Notes under the pieces: model-generated
Told to the model about the DNA's origin: nothing
Seen by the model: only the letters and a program-made list of their open reading frames with translations
The model's database searches: none
Assembly: GCA_021791495.1 (NCBI GenBank)
Contig: JAJYWN010000011.1
Span: forward strand, 1,015-65,014
Reading direction: 5' to 3'
Origin: Bacillota bacterium
Lineage (GTDB): Bacteria > Bacillota > Sulfobacillia > JAJYWN01
Length of the DNA stretch: 64,000 nucleotides
Translations under genes and position numbers: made by a program
In this document: positions 44,014 through 54,083 of the stretch, one piece after another
How the letters are laid out: the number at the start of each line of letters is the position of its first letter
Numbering within the stretch: position 1 is the stretch's first letter

Positions 44014-44996
44014 TGCTGTATGCGCATGGCCCGGCGGACTTCCTCTACCGTCTCGGCCGCCCATTTCCGGGCCTTGTCGCGGCCGGCGGCCAGAATGTCA
44101 TCCAGGACTTCCGGCCGGCTTTCGTAATAACGGCGCCTCTCGGCCAGGGGGCCGATACGTCCCGCCAGCCGGTCGGCCAAGTCGCGCTTGCATTGCACGC
44201 AGCCGAAAGCACCTTTCACACAGCCCTCCGCAATCTCCTGCACCCGTTCCGAGGAGAAGATCTTATGGAAGGCGTGGACCGTGCAGACATCGGGGTGGCC
44301 CGGGTCGGCTTTCCGGATGCGTGCGGGGTCGGTGATCATCATCTGGACTTTCTGCCGGACCACGGCCTCGTCGGCCGACATGGGGATGTCGTTGCCATAA
44401 CTCTTGCTCATCTTCCGGCCGTCAACCCCGGGGAGTAGCTTGACTTCCGTGAGCAGGGCCTGCGGTTCGGGCAGCACGGGCCCGTAGATGGAATTGAAGC
44501 GGCGCGCCACTTCGCGGGTGAGTTCCAGGTGCGGCAGTTGGTCCTCGCCCACGGGGACGTAACCGGCCTTGAAGATGAGGATGTCGGCCGCCTGGAGCAT
44601 GGGGTAACCGAGAAAACCGTAGGTGTGAATTTCCCGGCCTTCGAGCTGCTGGAGTTGCTCCTTATAGGTTGGTACCCTCTCCAGCCAGGCGATGGGCGTG
44701 ATCATGGACAGGAGCAGGTGCAGCTCGGCAATCTCCTTCACGTCCGATTGAAGGTACATCGTGCACCGCTCCGGGTCCAGCCCGGCCGACAGCCAGTCCA
44801 CCAAAAGCCCGCGCACGTTCGCCGTGAGGTCTTTCGTGTCCTCGTACCCGGTGGTCAGGGCGTGCCAGTCGACGATGGCGAAAAAGCAGTCGTAAGTGTC
44901 CTGCAGCCGGACCCAATTCTCCAGGGCTCCAAGATAATTGCCGAGATGCAACCGCCCCGTGGGGCGCATGCCGCTCATGATCCGTTGGCGGGCCAT
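44010..44996 (-). CDS. trpS: tryptophan--tRNA ligase
   Basis: Class I HIGH-type motif (GRLHLGNYLG) and KMSKS. 328 aa. Confidence 0.93.
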   Translation of the reverse strand: MARQRIMSGMRPTGRLHLGNYLGALENWVRLQDTYDCFFAIVDWHALTTGYEDTKDLTANVRGLLVDWLSAGLDPERCTMYLQSDVKEIAELHLLLSMITPIAWLERVPTYKEQLQQLEGREIHTYGFLGYPMLQAADILIFKAGYVPVGEDQLPHLELTREVARRFNSIYGPVLPEPQALLTEVKLLPGVDGRKMSKSYGNDIPMSADEAVVRQKVQMMITDPARIRKADPGHPDVCTVHAFHKIFSSERVQEIAEGCVKGAFGCVQCKRDLADRLAGRIGPLAERRRYYESRPEVLDDILAAGRDKARKWAAETVEEVRRAMRIQQ

Positions 44997-45016
44997 AGCC
45001 TTAGCTTACCTCCCAG

Positions 45017-45805
45017 TCAAAATGGCAGACCGAACAGGCGCGCCACGCCCTCAACGCCCACGAGGACTACACCGGTGACGGCCGAGATGAAGGGGCCGAG
45101 CACGTAGCGCACGGCTCCGGAAAAGACCAGCACGAACAGGACCAACGGACCGTAAGGGGCCAGGTTCTCCACCGCCCGCGCCTGGTTTTCCGGTAGAAGG
45201 CCGATGAGCACGTTGGCGCCGTCCAGGGGTGGTACCGGGATCAGGTTAAAGGCCGCGAGCGTGATGTTGATGGAGAGCGCGTACCGGATGATGTCGCCGA
45301 CGTAATGCACGTTCGCCACGAAGGGTATCCGCAGAAAACCGGAAACCAAGAGAACGCCAAGGAAAAAGGCGGCAATGACGTTCGCCAGCGGGCCGGCGGC
45401 GGCGATGAAGGTCATGTCACGGCGTGGGTGGCGCAAGTTCCGGGGGTCGATCTGCACGGGCTTGGCCCACCCGAAACCGTAGAAAAGGAGCAAAAGCGTG
45501 CCGATGAGGTCCAGATGAGCCATGGGGTCCAGCGTCAACCGTCCCTGCAGGCGCGGAGTGGAATCGCCCAGGGACACGGCGGCGCGCGCGTGCGCATATT
45601 CGTGGACCGAAAAAGCCAGGACCAAACCGGGCAAGAGCAAAACCAGATGAGATAGGTCGAACCCCTGCAAGAAATCCACTCCTAGGTCGGCGGCGTCTCG
45701 GCGCCCGCGGCGCCGGTCCCTGCCAGGCTGTCTCCGGCAAGCTCCCCTCATTATACCATAGGAAAAGAAATGGAGCGCCACGCGGCGCTCCACCCCGTGA
45801 GCCAC
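45017..45805 (-). CDS. site-2 protease family zinc metalloprotease (peptidase M50-like)
   Basis: HEYAHA (HExxH) in a TM helix; NLIPVPPLDG with the third zinc ligand Asp; multi-TM. Confidence 0.75.
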   Translation of the reverse strand: MAHGVERRVALHFFSYGIMRGACRRQPGRDRRRGRRDAADLGVDFLQGFDLSHLVLLLPGLVLAFSVHEYAHARAAVSLGDSTPRLQGRLTLDPMAHLDLIGTLLLLFYGFGWAKPVQIDPRNLRHPRRDMTFIAAAGPLANVIAAFFLGVLLVSGFLRIPFVANVHYVGDIIRYALSINITLAAFNLIPVPPLDGANVLIGLLPENQARAVENLAPYGPLVLFVLVFSGAVRYVLGPFISAVTGVVLVGVEGVARLFGLPF

Positions 45806-46135
45806 TCTTGAAGAGTAGGCCTATCTCCCTATCGCCAGGACGCGTCGCCTCGCCTGGCCACCACTCTTTCGGCGACCTCAAGCATCTTCTGGACTCCGGG
45901 ACCCCGCTGCGTGGAACCTATCTGGTGGGCTTTCCGTCCACTGTGCTGAAATTCGTTGGAGACCTGCCGCCGCAGGTCGGCCAGATAGTCATCAGCCCCT
46001 ACGACCAACGGTTTGCGCCGTTTCCGAGCCACCATGCCCAAGCCCCCCGCCCGCGTCGTTTCTTTCAAACCTGAGTTTTCCCCGGTTCGGACGGTTTAGG
46101 CCACGGACACCCCATCGGTTTCCTGGAGGCGAGCC

Positions 46136-46891
46136 TCAGGACGCGGCAGCTTGCGAAGGGATGGTTGAGGCGATTTTCGCTACCAATTCCACGCGGGAAG
46201 CCACCAGGGCGGGATCGGAAACCTTGCCGTTCTCATGGAGGAAAACTCCGTACTTGGTGACTTCAATTCCGCGGAAGCCGGTGGACCCCGCCTCTAAGAT
46301 CCTGTTCTGGATCTCGGGCGAGAGAACGGACTTGATTTCATCGTCGACCCGGCCGAGCACCCAGAACCGGCCATCGAAGGCAGCGTTGCCCGTAGCGATG
46401 CGATGCCCTTTGGGCTCGGTTTTCACCACGCTGCGGTCTTGAATGGTGAAACCTTGCAGCTTCGAGTCGCGGTAGGCCGAGATGCGTGTGGCATCGGGGG
46501 CCGCGGTGTCAAAGTCCACCGCCAACGGCACCCGCACCATAACGAAGGAGCCGCCGTACTCGCCCGCGGCATACGGGTAGCGGCCGTCTACCTTCCACTT
46601 GAAGACATCGCGGTCCTTCGTGTAACGCAGCTGGGCAGTGACCTTCCCCGTCTTGTCATCCGCCGCCGTCCCTACATAGGTCAGCCCTAACCGGGAGGCC
46701 ACCTCTTTCAAGGTGGCGGCGAAGCGACGGCTGGCGTAGATCAAGACAGCGGCCTGGAAGGCGCCGCCCACCAGAACAAGGATGACCACCGACCGGCTGC
46801 CCCATGGAGCCGGGATCAAGGCGAACACCGCGACCGCCAGGACCGCCACCACAGCCCACAGGATGATGGTAAGACGCTTTTCCAACGACAC
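46136..46891 (-). CDS. hypothetical membrane-anchored protein
   Basis: Two N-terminal TM helices followed by a ~190-aa soluble domain; high GC3 coding signal. Confidence 0.5.
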   Translation of the reverse strand: MSLEKRLTIILWAVVAVLAVAVFALIPAPWGSRSVVILVLVGGAFQAAVLIYASRRFAATLKEVASRLGLTYVGTAADDKTGKVTAQLRYTKDRDVFKWKVDGRYPYAAGEYGGSFVMVRVPLAVDFDTAAPDATRISAYRDSKLQGFTIQDRSVVKTEPKGHRIATGNAAFDGRFWVLGRVDDEIKSVLSPEIQNRILEAGSTGFRGIEVTKYGVFLHENGKVSDPALVASRVELVAKIASTIPSQAAAS

Positions 46892-46954
46892 CGGGACCGC
46901 CTCCCTTTATAGATGAGGTTTCCAGTCGGACCCGGTTAGAGAATACGCCGCGCC

Positions 46955-47233
46955 TTAGTCCCCTGCCTTCTTTTCCGAAGCTTTGGCGGGCGTTGATGAG
47001 GACGTTGAGGAAACGGACCCCGCCTGCTCCTGCTTAGCCTTGGTCTTGTATTCAGACGAGCGGTAGTCGGTGTTGTGGAACCCGTCGCACTTATATAGTA
47101 CCATCACGTTCCGGCCAACCAGCTTTTTCACCGGGCTCCCACAGGCCGGGCAAGTGGCCAGGGGTTCCGCCTTAATGCTTTGGACAAGTTCGAAGACCCC
47201 GCATTTCGGGCAGCTATATTCGTAAGTCGGCAC
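46955..47233 (-). CDS. FmdB-family zinc-ribbon protein
   Basis: VPTYEYSCPKCGVFE...CPACGSP is the FmdB signature. GTG start at 47233 with AAAGGGGG RBS. The upstream ORF-track residues are promoter sequence. Confidence 0.75.
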   Translation of the reverse strand: MPTYEYSCPKCGVFELVQSIKAEPLATCPACGSPVKKLVGRNVMVLYKCDGFHNTDYRSSEYKTKAKQEQAGSVSSTSSSTPAKASEKKAGD

Positions 47234-47275
47234 TGCGGCTGACCCCCTTTGCAGCAGATTTCTTGCACAGTTTCT

Positions 47276-47305
47276 TATATAGGTCAGTCCAGCGTCGTTT
47301 GTCAA
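47276..47305 (-). promoter_or_regulatory. strong sigma-A promoter (TTGACA-18-TATATA) for the FmdB-like gene
   Basis: Minus strand gTTGACAaacgacgctggactgaccTATATAag, then RBS and GTG about 45 nt downstream. Confidence 0.55.
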
Positions 47306-47352
47306 CAGCTACGCCTCGCCTATGAGGCTAGATGGTCGTGTGCACCATCATA

Positions 47353-47661
47353 TTAGTCTTGGCTTTTCTCGCTTTTTTCCTGCTCTGGGCGAGAAGCCCG
47401 GTCTTTGGACGACCCTTCCTCCTCAGCCCTGGAGCCGGCTTCAAACTGGGCCTTTGCGGCGAGGTTTAGCATCTCCAGGTCGAAACGGCCTGGAGACATC
47501 GCGTTGATTGCCGCGGGGCTGATGGAGGTTGCATCCTCGGCACCCGATCGCGTCAGCCCCTGCCACCGGGTGTCTCCGCCGGCTCCGCCCGTCAGATGCT
47601 CGGAATACTCGGAATGCCCAGAATCCTGCCGCCGGCCGCCTTTATCCTGCTTGTCGTTCAT
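47353..47661 (-). CDS. small hydrophilic acidic protein (102 aa), unknown function
   Basis: Excellent RBS (AAGGAGGG-6-ATG); low-complexity charged sequence. Confidence 0.5.
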   Translation of the reverse strand: MNDKQDKGGRRQDSGHSEYSEHLTGGAGGDTRWQGLTRSGAEDATSISPAAINAMSPGRFDLEMLNLAAKAQFEAGSRAEEEGSSKDRASRPEQEKSEKSQD

Positions 47662-47761
47662 GACAAACCCTCCTTGCGGGGCTTTTCCTTTGCAGACGAT
47701 CGTCGAACCATCGTCGGTTGCTCGCGGTCCTTAGGTTGCCCCACCTTTCATGGACAACGCG

Positions 47762-47791
47762 TTGTGGAGGCGACGCGGACTGCGGTAGAAT
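47762..47791 (+). promoter_or_regulatory. candidate promoter (TTGTGG-18-TAGAAT) giving a near-leaderless rsmI transcript
   Basis: The -10 element TAGAAT ends 9 nt before the rsmI ATG. Confidence 0.35.
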
Positions 47792-47800
47792 GGTGGCAGT

Positions 47801-48544
47801 ATGCTGTACCTGGTAGCCACGCCCATCGGAAATCTGGAAGACCTGAGCTTCCGCGCGGCGCGCATTCTTAAGGAAGCCGACGTGCTGGCGTGCGAGGACA
47901 CGCGGCGCACGCGCATCCTCCTAGAGCACTACTCGATCTCCGCGCCGCGCGTACTCATGTCTTACCACGAGCACAACGAGGCCAAGGCCGGCGACACCAT
48001 CCTGGATTACTTGGACCGCGGGATGAACGTGGCCCTCGTGACTGACGGAGGGTACCCCGCCATCAGCGACCCGGGCTATCGGGTGGTGAGCGAGGCGCGC
48101 CGGCGCGGGTTGCGCGTCGAAGTGATCCCGGGGGCGGGCGCGGTGGAGACGTCGCTGGTGGCCTCGGGGCTCCCCACTTCAAGTTACACCTTCAAGGGGT
48201 TCCCTCCCACCAAGCCGGGGCCGCGGCGCCGCTTCTTCGAAGCCGAACGTGATCTACCCCATACGCTGGTGGTCTTCGAATCACCACTTCGCGTAGGCAA
48301 GATGCTCGACGACGCCCTGGCGGCCCTGGGGGACCGCCAGGCGGCGGTTTGTGTAGAAATGACCAAGATGTTCGAGGAAGTCCACGGCGGCTACTTGTCG
48401 GACCTGGCCTCGAAATTTCGCGAAGCCAAGATCCGCGGCGAGGTTACGGTCGTCATCGCTGGGAACAACCCCAAGTTCGCGCGGGGCGGGGCGCCCTCGT
48501 CGACGACGGAGGTCCGAGAAGGGATGCCGCCCTCTCGCTCTTAG
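47801..48544 (+). CDS. rsmI: 16S rRNA (cytidine1402-2'-O)-methyltransferase
   Basis: MLYLVATPIGNLEDLS...LACEDTRRT and tetrapyrrole-methylase fold blocks typical of RsmI. Confidence 0.9.
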   Translation: MLYLVATPIGNLEDLSFRAARILKEADVLACEDTRRTRILLEHYSISAPRVLMSYHEHNEAKAGDTILDYLDRGMNVALVTDGGYPAISDPGYRVVSEARRRGLRVEVIPGAGAVETSLVASGLPTSSYTFKGFPPTKPGPRRRFFEAERDLPHTLVVFESPLRVGKMLDDALAALGDRQAAVCVEMTKMFEEVHGGYLSDLASKFREAKIRGEVTVVIAGNNPKFARGGAPSSTTEVREGMPPSRS

Positions 48545-49041
48545 AAACGCCCCCGGAAAAACATCTCGTCGGCGGGCATTTTGGCCTTGCATTGCCCTTC
48601 TCCCTCATAGCGACCGACGGCCATCATCATCACCGGCCAGCCCGGCGCGGCCCCGCCGATCATGCCCGGGACTTCATCCCTGGCGAAGGTACCCAACCAG
48701 CACGTGCCGAGCCCCAGGGCCCAGGCCATGGTCTCCATTTGGGTCATCGAGATGAAGACGTCGGCGGTGGCCCCCCGGCTTTCCACGTTAGTGGACCACC
48801 CCAGGATCAGTAGACCGGCTTTCGCCGCGAAGGGGTTCATTTTCGCCGCCTGGGCGAAACGGGCCACTTCCTCGCGACCATGGATCAAGATAAACCGGCG
48901 TGCCTGCCGGTTACTGGACGAGGCCGCCCAACGGCCCGCCTCTTCGATAAAGTGCAGCTCTTCGTCGGTGAGGGGTTCACCAGTGAAGGTACGGACGCTC
49001 CTTCTCTTCTGGAACTGTTGCAGCAGCTCTTGGGGTGTCAT
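48541..49041 (-). CDS. nitroreductase-family protein
   Basis: RRSVRTFTGEPL and the FMN-binding nitroreductase fold. Start taken at MTPQELL. Confidence 0.75.
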   Translation of the reverse strand: MTPQELLQQFQKRRSVRTFTGEPLTDEELHFIEEAGRWAASSSNRQARRFILIHGREEVARFAQAAKMNPFAAKAGLLILGWSTNVESRGATADVFISMTQMETMAWALGLGTCWLGTFARDEVPGMIGGAAPGWPVMMMAVGRYEGEGQCKAKMPADEMFFRGRF

Positions 49042-49103
49042 CTTTTCCCATCCTCCTAGGACAACTCGTATGTGGTGCCGTCTTCCTCTCGGATATCGGC
49101 CGT

Positions 49104-49823
49104 CTACTTCCTTCCCCAAAAAACGGAATATCGCGATACACAGGCCACCGGCCCGGAGCGCAGGTCTCTTTCCAGCAGATCGACGCCACGGCGCCAGGCT
49201 TCCTCAGATATGAGGTGTAGGCTGGAAAAGGCCTTCTCACGGTAGGCCTGGCTGCTCTCGAGGCCATAGGGAAACTCCTCTAACCCTTCTCCAGCGTCCC
49301 GGAACCCGACGTCCCTCATCCATTTTAGCACCTCGGCGCTCTTCGGGTAGCGCCGCAACTCGGCCTCGACCGTTTCCGGGAAGTACCGGGAAAGGGGCAC
49401 CCGAGCGCGGATGACTTCCTCCGAGTCGGTTACGGTGCAGACCCTGCCTCCCGGTCTCAGGACACGGAAGGCTTCCGCGAAGTACTGCGCCCGCCCTTGG
49501 ACGTGGTGAATGACGTCCACCGAATAGACCAGGTCGAAGGCAGCGTCGGGGAAGTCCAGTCCTTCAGCCCACCCCCGACGGAAGGTGGCCGGGACCGCTT
49601 TCTCCCCGGCGCGGGCCAGCATCTCCTCAGACGGGTCGATGCCCCAGGCCCGGCATCCCGTGGCTGAAACTATGGCTGCGAGGTAGTTGGCCGTTCCGCA
49701 CCCGACCTCAAGGACGTCCGAGGTCTCACCCACCTCACCCCTCTCCAGGAGATTGCGAAGGACCCCAGGATGGACCCGGCGGTGCCGGGCGTATTCCTGC
49801 GACAGCCTGTTATAATCAATCAC
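49104..49823 (-). CDS. class I SAM-dependent methyltransferase
   Basis: Motif I VLEVGCGTANY; post-I GIDPSEEML; motif LRPGGRV. Confidence 0.8.
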   Translation of the reverse strand: MIDYNRLSQEYARHRRVHPGVLRNLLERGEVGETSDVLEVGCGTANYLAAIVSATGCRAWGIDPSEEMLARAGEKAVPATFRRGWAEGLDFPDAAFDLVYSVDVIHHVQGRAQYFAEAFRVLRPGGRVCTVTDSEEVIRARVPLSRYFPETVEAELRRYPKSAEVLKWMRDVGFRDAGEGLEEFPYGLESSQAYREKAFSSLHLISEEAWRRGVDLLERDLRSGPVACVSRYSVFWGRK

Positions 49824-51130
49824 GTGACCATCTCCTTGATAGCGGGGTCACCGATCTCCTTGGCGACACTCATATACTCCTGGGCCACCAGGGCGGGGAG
49901 ACTCAAGGCCACCGCCTCCGCCAGAGGTAGCCAGGCATATCGGTCGTGCTCACGTGACAACCTCACGGTGGCATCCTTTTCCGCCTCAAGCCAGTAAACA
50001 GGCCAGTCCCGGTTGTCACCTGACGCCTGGACGCAGGTGTCAGCGCTAAGGCCCGTCTCCTCCTTCAACTCCCGCGCGGCACAGTGGTCCACTGTCTCAT
50101 CCGGGAGGCGCGCGCCGGCCGCCGGTCCCCAGGCCCAATTGCTGTCGTAGCCGGGACCCTCGTGGCTCCGGTGGAGGGCAAGGTACTCAAAGCGCCCCCT
50201 TGACCTCCGAAAGACCACGACGGCGCAGCCGTAAGGTGGACCCCCGCTGACCGGGGCGCCGTCATAGGTACGTTCGTGGTACAGGCCCGACCAATGGCTC
50301 AGATCGCATTCTTCGAAGACTTGCGGCGTGATGACCTGGACTTCAGGGCGGATGTCGCTCAACAGCCGCCGAAAAACCCCTACGTCCATCCTGCGTAGGG
50401 GCGGCCAGGCGAGGGCCGGTGGGTGTAGCATGGGGCGAGGCTGTTGCCCAGCCGGGCCCAATGAGCGGAACAGGTCGTCCCAATGGATGGGGATAACGAC
50501 CCGCGCGCCGGAGGTTTCGAGCAAACGGCGGTAGTAACCTGGCCGCTTATGGACCGCCACTGCCACGATGGGAGCCGGCCGCACTTCCTCCGGCTTCTCG
50601 CCCGCCAGCGATAGGAGCGGCTTCCCACCGACGAAGAACCGAAACCCCAAACAAACATCCATCCGGTAATCCCCGGCTCGCGCTGGGAAACGGAGACCGG
50701 GTGGCAATGGACCAGCGTTGTAGGGGCGGCCCAAAACGGTGCCGTGGGTGGTTTCGAAGACCTCCACGCGGAAGGCTCCCAGATCGACGCTGTCTCCAGG
50801 ATGCACTTCTCTGATCGTTCGCGAGTCCACCCCGGCAGCCTGCGCCAGACGGCAAGTGTTGGCAGACCCGAGGACCATCGCCCCGGTCGCCTTGGCCAGG
50901 TCCGGTGCGTCCAGCAGATGGTCCCAGTGCGCATGGGTGACCAGGATGTGGCTGCACCGGGGCACGTGCCGAGAAGCCAGGCCGGTAATGGGGCTCACCC
51001 GCCCCAGCCACAGGCGCCAGAAGGGGAAACGGCTGAAAAAGGGGTCGACGACCACCGTGGTCCATCCGGCCCGGAGTTCCAAGCCGGCCGCACCCAGCCA
51101 TCGTAGGACTACCTTGCCACTCTCCGGCAT
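49820..51130 (-). CDS. fusion of an MBL-fold metallo-hydrolase domain and a C-terminal NUDIX hydrolase domain
   Basis: N-terminal HxHxDH (LVTHAHWDHL) in a ~300-aa MBL-like region. C-terminal Nudix box GPAAGARLPDETVDHCAARELKEETGL. Confidence 0.7.
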   Translation of the reverse strand: MPESGKVVLRWLGAAGLELRAGWTTVVVDPFFSRFPFWRLWLGRVSPITGLASRHVPRCSHILVTHAHWDHLLDAPDLAKATGAMVLGSANTCRLAQAAGVDSRTIREVHPGDSVDLGAFRVEVFETTHGTVLGRPYNAGPLPPGLRFPARAGDYRMDVCLGFRFFVGGKPLLSLAGEKPEEVRPAPIVAVAVHKRPGYYRRLLETSGARVVIPIHWDDLFRSLGPAGQQPRPMLHPPALAWPPLRRMDVGVFRRLLSDIRPEVQVITPQVFEECDLSHWSGLYHERTYDGAPVSGGPPYGCAVVVFRRSRGRFEYLALHRSHEGPGYDSNWAWGPAAGARLPDETVDHCAARELKEETGLSADTCVQASGDNRDWPVYWLEAEKDATVRLSREHDRYAWLPLAEAVALSLPALVAQEYMSVAKEIGDPAIKEMVT

Positions 51131-51149
51131 GACTCGGTTACTTCCACGC

Positions 51150-52558
51150 TCAGAATCCGCGGGCCTGCTTCAGCCTCCGGTCGAACTCCATGACTTCGTC
51201 CTGCTCGGCTACCCACCACTCCTGGCTGCGCTGTGCGTCCAGCTCCCGCACCGTCTTGCCGTGCTGCTCCACCCACGTGTAGTATTTCAGATTCAGCCAG
51301 CGACGCCTTTGGTGCTCGGTCCCTTCCTGGACCCAGTCCGTTTTCACACCGTGGAAGATGCTTTCAAGGTAGACGGCCGCACGGCCGCGGTCCACGGACC
51401 CGTACTCGAGTTCCATGTCGCCCATGACCGATTGGTAGCGGTCCAACGCGTCCGTGGCCACGGTGATCACGTTATCCCGGGGGCCGAGGCCGTAGAACTT
51501 GGCCGTCTTGACGGCCCCCAGGATGTTCGCCACGCCCGAGATGCCGACCAGCTGCCCCAGCTTCTCCACGAGTCCGGGGCTCACTCCAGCTTCTCCCGCC
51601 AGGTATTCGCGGCCGGCCGGAGCGCTCAGAAGTTGCAGCCCCTTCTTGCACTCCAGGTCATCCACGGCCATCACCGCGTCCATGTTCATCACGTTGTGAA
51701 TCCAACTGACGTGTTTGTCACCGATCCCTTGGATGGCGTGGCTCCCATACCCGTTCTCGAACAAGGTCGGGCACTGGACCGGCTCCAGGCCCACGATACG
51801 ACAGTCGCGGAACACCTGCTTACAGCGGTCGCCGGCGGCGATGGTCCCCGCCGAACCCATGGCGGAGACGAAGGCGGCGATCTGGCCATCGCCCAGCCCC
51901 TGGCGGTTCAAGTCCACGGCCGCCTCCACCGCACTGCCGCCGGTGACATGGTGGTGGAAGCGGTAGTTGGCCATCTCTTGGAACTGGTTGAGCACCCGGA
52001 TACGCGCGTCCTTGGCCAGCTCCCGGCAGGCGTCGTAGATTTCTTTGACGTTACTTTCGGAACCGGGCGTACGCATCACCCGCGCCCCGTAGGAGGCGAT
52101 GCCCTCAAACCTTTCGCGGCTCATGTCTTCCGGCATGACTACCACGGAGGCGTACCCCAGGCGCGGACCCAACCAAGCTCCGCCAATGCCGTAGTTCCCG
52201 GTCGACGGCCAGACCAGGGTGTGTTCACCCGGCCTGATCTCGCCGGCCAGTTGCTTCTCCATGGCCACCGCGTAGGTGGCGCCCACCTTATGGCTGCCGG
52301 TGGGAAACTCCCGGCCGTACAGGACGAGGATGTTGGCGTCTACCCCCGTGAGGGCTTTCTCCAGTACGAAATAGCGAACCCTCCCCGACGCGTCTTTCCA
52401 GGTGATATTGAAAAGGTTCACCGGGTCGAGCGGAGCCGTGTCCCTAAGCAGCAGAGCCCGGTGCCGGACCTCCGCGGGCATCCGCTCGGGGTGCAGCATT
52501 TCCTCGAAGGTGGGGCCGAAAACGGGTGCCGGTCCGGCCGAAGTGTGCGCCGTCTCCA
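51150..52558 (-). CDS. fold-type-II PLP-dependent enzyme (cysteine synthase/Trp-synthase-beta superfamily) with ~150-aa C-terminal extension
   Basis: PLP-lysine block FPTGSHKVGATYAVA; glycine-rich loop STGNYGIGGAW. ATG at ~52558 with AAAAGGAGAG RBS. Confidence 0.7.
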
Positions 52559-52751
52559 TGGATACTCTCCTTTTTCCGTCATCCGCCCTTGAGGATACCC
52601 CATTCTCCTTCTCGTTGCCATCCCTCTCTCCACCAGCATCTTCCTTCCAGTCAATGGTTTGCCTGTTTAGACCGCCGGAGGTATACTTGGCGAGAGGCGA
52701 TGCGCTACGGACCATTATCTACTCATATCACTTGAGCAACTTGGCTTTTCG

Positions 52752-53549
52752 GTGCTGGCGGGGTTCGTCGGTTCGCTCCTCGGCCTGGGTGGCGGAATCA
52801 TCATCGTCCCGGCCCTCACCCTCGTGTACGGTGTGGACATGCGTTTTGCCATCGGCGCCAGCATCATCACGGTGATCGCCACCTCCAGTGGCGCGGCCGC
52901 CGCCTACGTCCGGGATAAGATCACCAACATCCGCGTGGGGATGTTCCTCGAAATGGCTACCACTACCGGTGCCTTGACCGGCGCTTTCCTGGCGGGAATG
53001 TTCTCGAACCGCGTCCTTGAGGCCATTTTCGCGGCGATGATGGTATACTCGGCCCTGATGATGCTGCGCCGTCGCAAGGTGGAGCTTCCCGAAGGCGTAG
53101 AGCGTACCCCTCTCGCGAACAAGTTGAAACTTCATGGCGAATATTATGATCAAGCCCTGAAACGCTTGGTGCACTACAACACCACCGGCGTTGTCCCCGG
53201 CTTGGCGGTCATGTTCATCGCCGGCATTTTCTCCGGGCTTCTGGGAATCGGCAGCGGTCTCTTCAAAGTCTTGGGCATGGACGTCTTCATGAAACTGCCG
53301 ATGAAGGTCTCCACCGCCACCAGCAACTTCATGATCGGCGTCACTGCCGCCGCCAGTGCCGGCGTCTACTTTGCCCGCGGGGACGTGAATCCGGCCATTG
53401 CCGCTCCGGTGGCTCTCGGGGTGCTAGTGGGAGCCACTCTGGGCACACGGGTCATGACGCGGATGAAGAACGTTACTCTACGCCTCACTTTCGTACCCAT
53501 CCTCATTTACACAGCGATAGAGATGGCCGTCAAGGCCTACCGCGGATAG
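52752..53549 (+). CDS. TSUP/TauE-SafE family (DUF81) anion exporter
   Basis: Duplicated 4-TM repeats with GLGGGIIIVPAL and GIGSG motifs. Confidence 0.8.
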   Translation: MLAGFVGSLLGLGGGIIIVPALTLVYGVDMRFAIGASIITVIATSSGAAAAYVRDKITNIRVGMFLEMATTTGALTGAFLAGMFSNRVLEAIFAAMMVYSALMMLRRRKVELPEGVERTPLANKLKLHGEYYDQALKRLVHYNTTGVVPGLAVMFIAGIFSGLLGIGSGLFKVLGMDVFMKLPMKVSTATSNFMIGVTAAASAGVYFARGDVNPAIAAPVALGVLVGATLGTRVMTRMKNVTLRLTFVPILIYTAIEMAVKAYRG

Positions 53550-53552
53550 GAG

Positions 53553-54032
53553 GTGGCACCATTGGAGGAAAAGGAAAACAACAAGACAGCGAACTGGACC
53601 CACCCCTTGGCCGGCCCCGCCGCCACGGTGCTGCCGCCCCCGGAAGGCTCTCCCCCACCTTCGGGTGAGGCCGATAGCACCCGGATTTTCAACATGGAGA
53701 TCTTCATCAGTAAGAGCCTGCGCTGGGGCGTCCTGATCAGCGCGGCGGTCATTATCGTCGGGTTTGGTCTTCTCCTGGCGACCGGCCGGAGCGGATACCC
53801 GGAAGGGGTCTTTCCCACCGGCCTCAGCGACGTTATCGCCGGACTGGCCGCCCTGAAGCCCTTCGCCGTCATCGCTCTAGGGCTGGCCCTGCTCATCGCC
53901 ACCCCGGTCTTCCGCGTCGGCTCGTCCATCATCGCTTTCGCCTTGGAGGGCGACCGGCTCTACGTCGGCATTACGGTTTTCGTTTTTGCCGTCCTGATGC
54001 TCAGCTTTTTCCTGGGGAAGGCTGGGGGCTAG
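53553..54032 (+). CDS. DUF1634 membrane protein (conserved partner of DUF81/TauE)
   Basis: Three to four TM helices, 4 nt after the TauE stop; classic DUF81-DUF1634 pairing. Confidence 0.65.
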   Translation: MAPLEEKENNKTANWTHPLAGPAATVLPPPEGSPPPSGEADSTRIFNMEIFISKSLRWGVLISAAVIIVGFGLLLATGRSGYPEGVFPTGLSDVIAGLAALKPFAVIALGLALLIATPVFRVGSSIIAFALEGDRLYVGITVFVFAVLMLSFFLGKAGG

Positions 54033-54083
54033 CGCCCGCGCCGCTCGCCGCCTACGGGGACGTCAGCTTGAAGGGGTGACACC

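Noticed and set aside
44997-45016. Looked for a T-box leader upstream of trpS.
   Set aside because: Only 20 nt separate trpS from the upstream gene, leaving no room for a leader. trpS is apparently co-transcribed.
45829-46068. 79-aa minus-strand ORF (and 88-aa plus-strand ORF) in the 330-bp gap upstream of the M50 protease.
   Set aside because: No RBS, and GC3 lower than in neighbouring genes. It could be a small gene, but the evidence is insufficient. More likely the region holds promoter sequence for the M50-protease gene downstream.
50739-52592. 617-aa plus-strand ORF antisense to the MBL-NUDIX and PLP enzyme genes.
   Set aside because: Spans two well-supported minus-strand genes; low-complexity translation.
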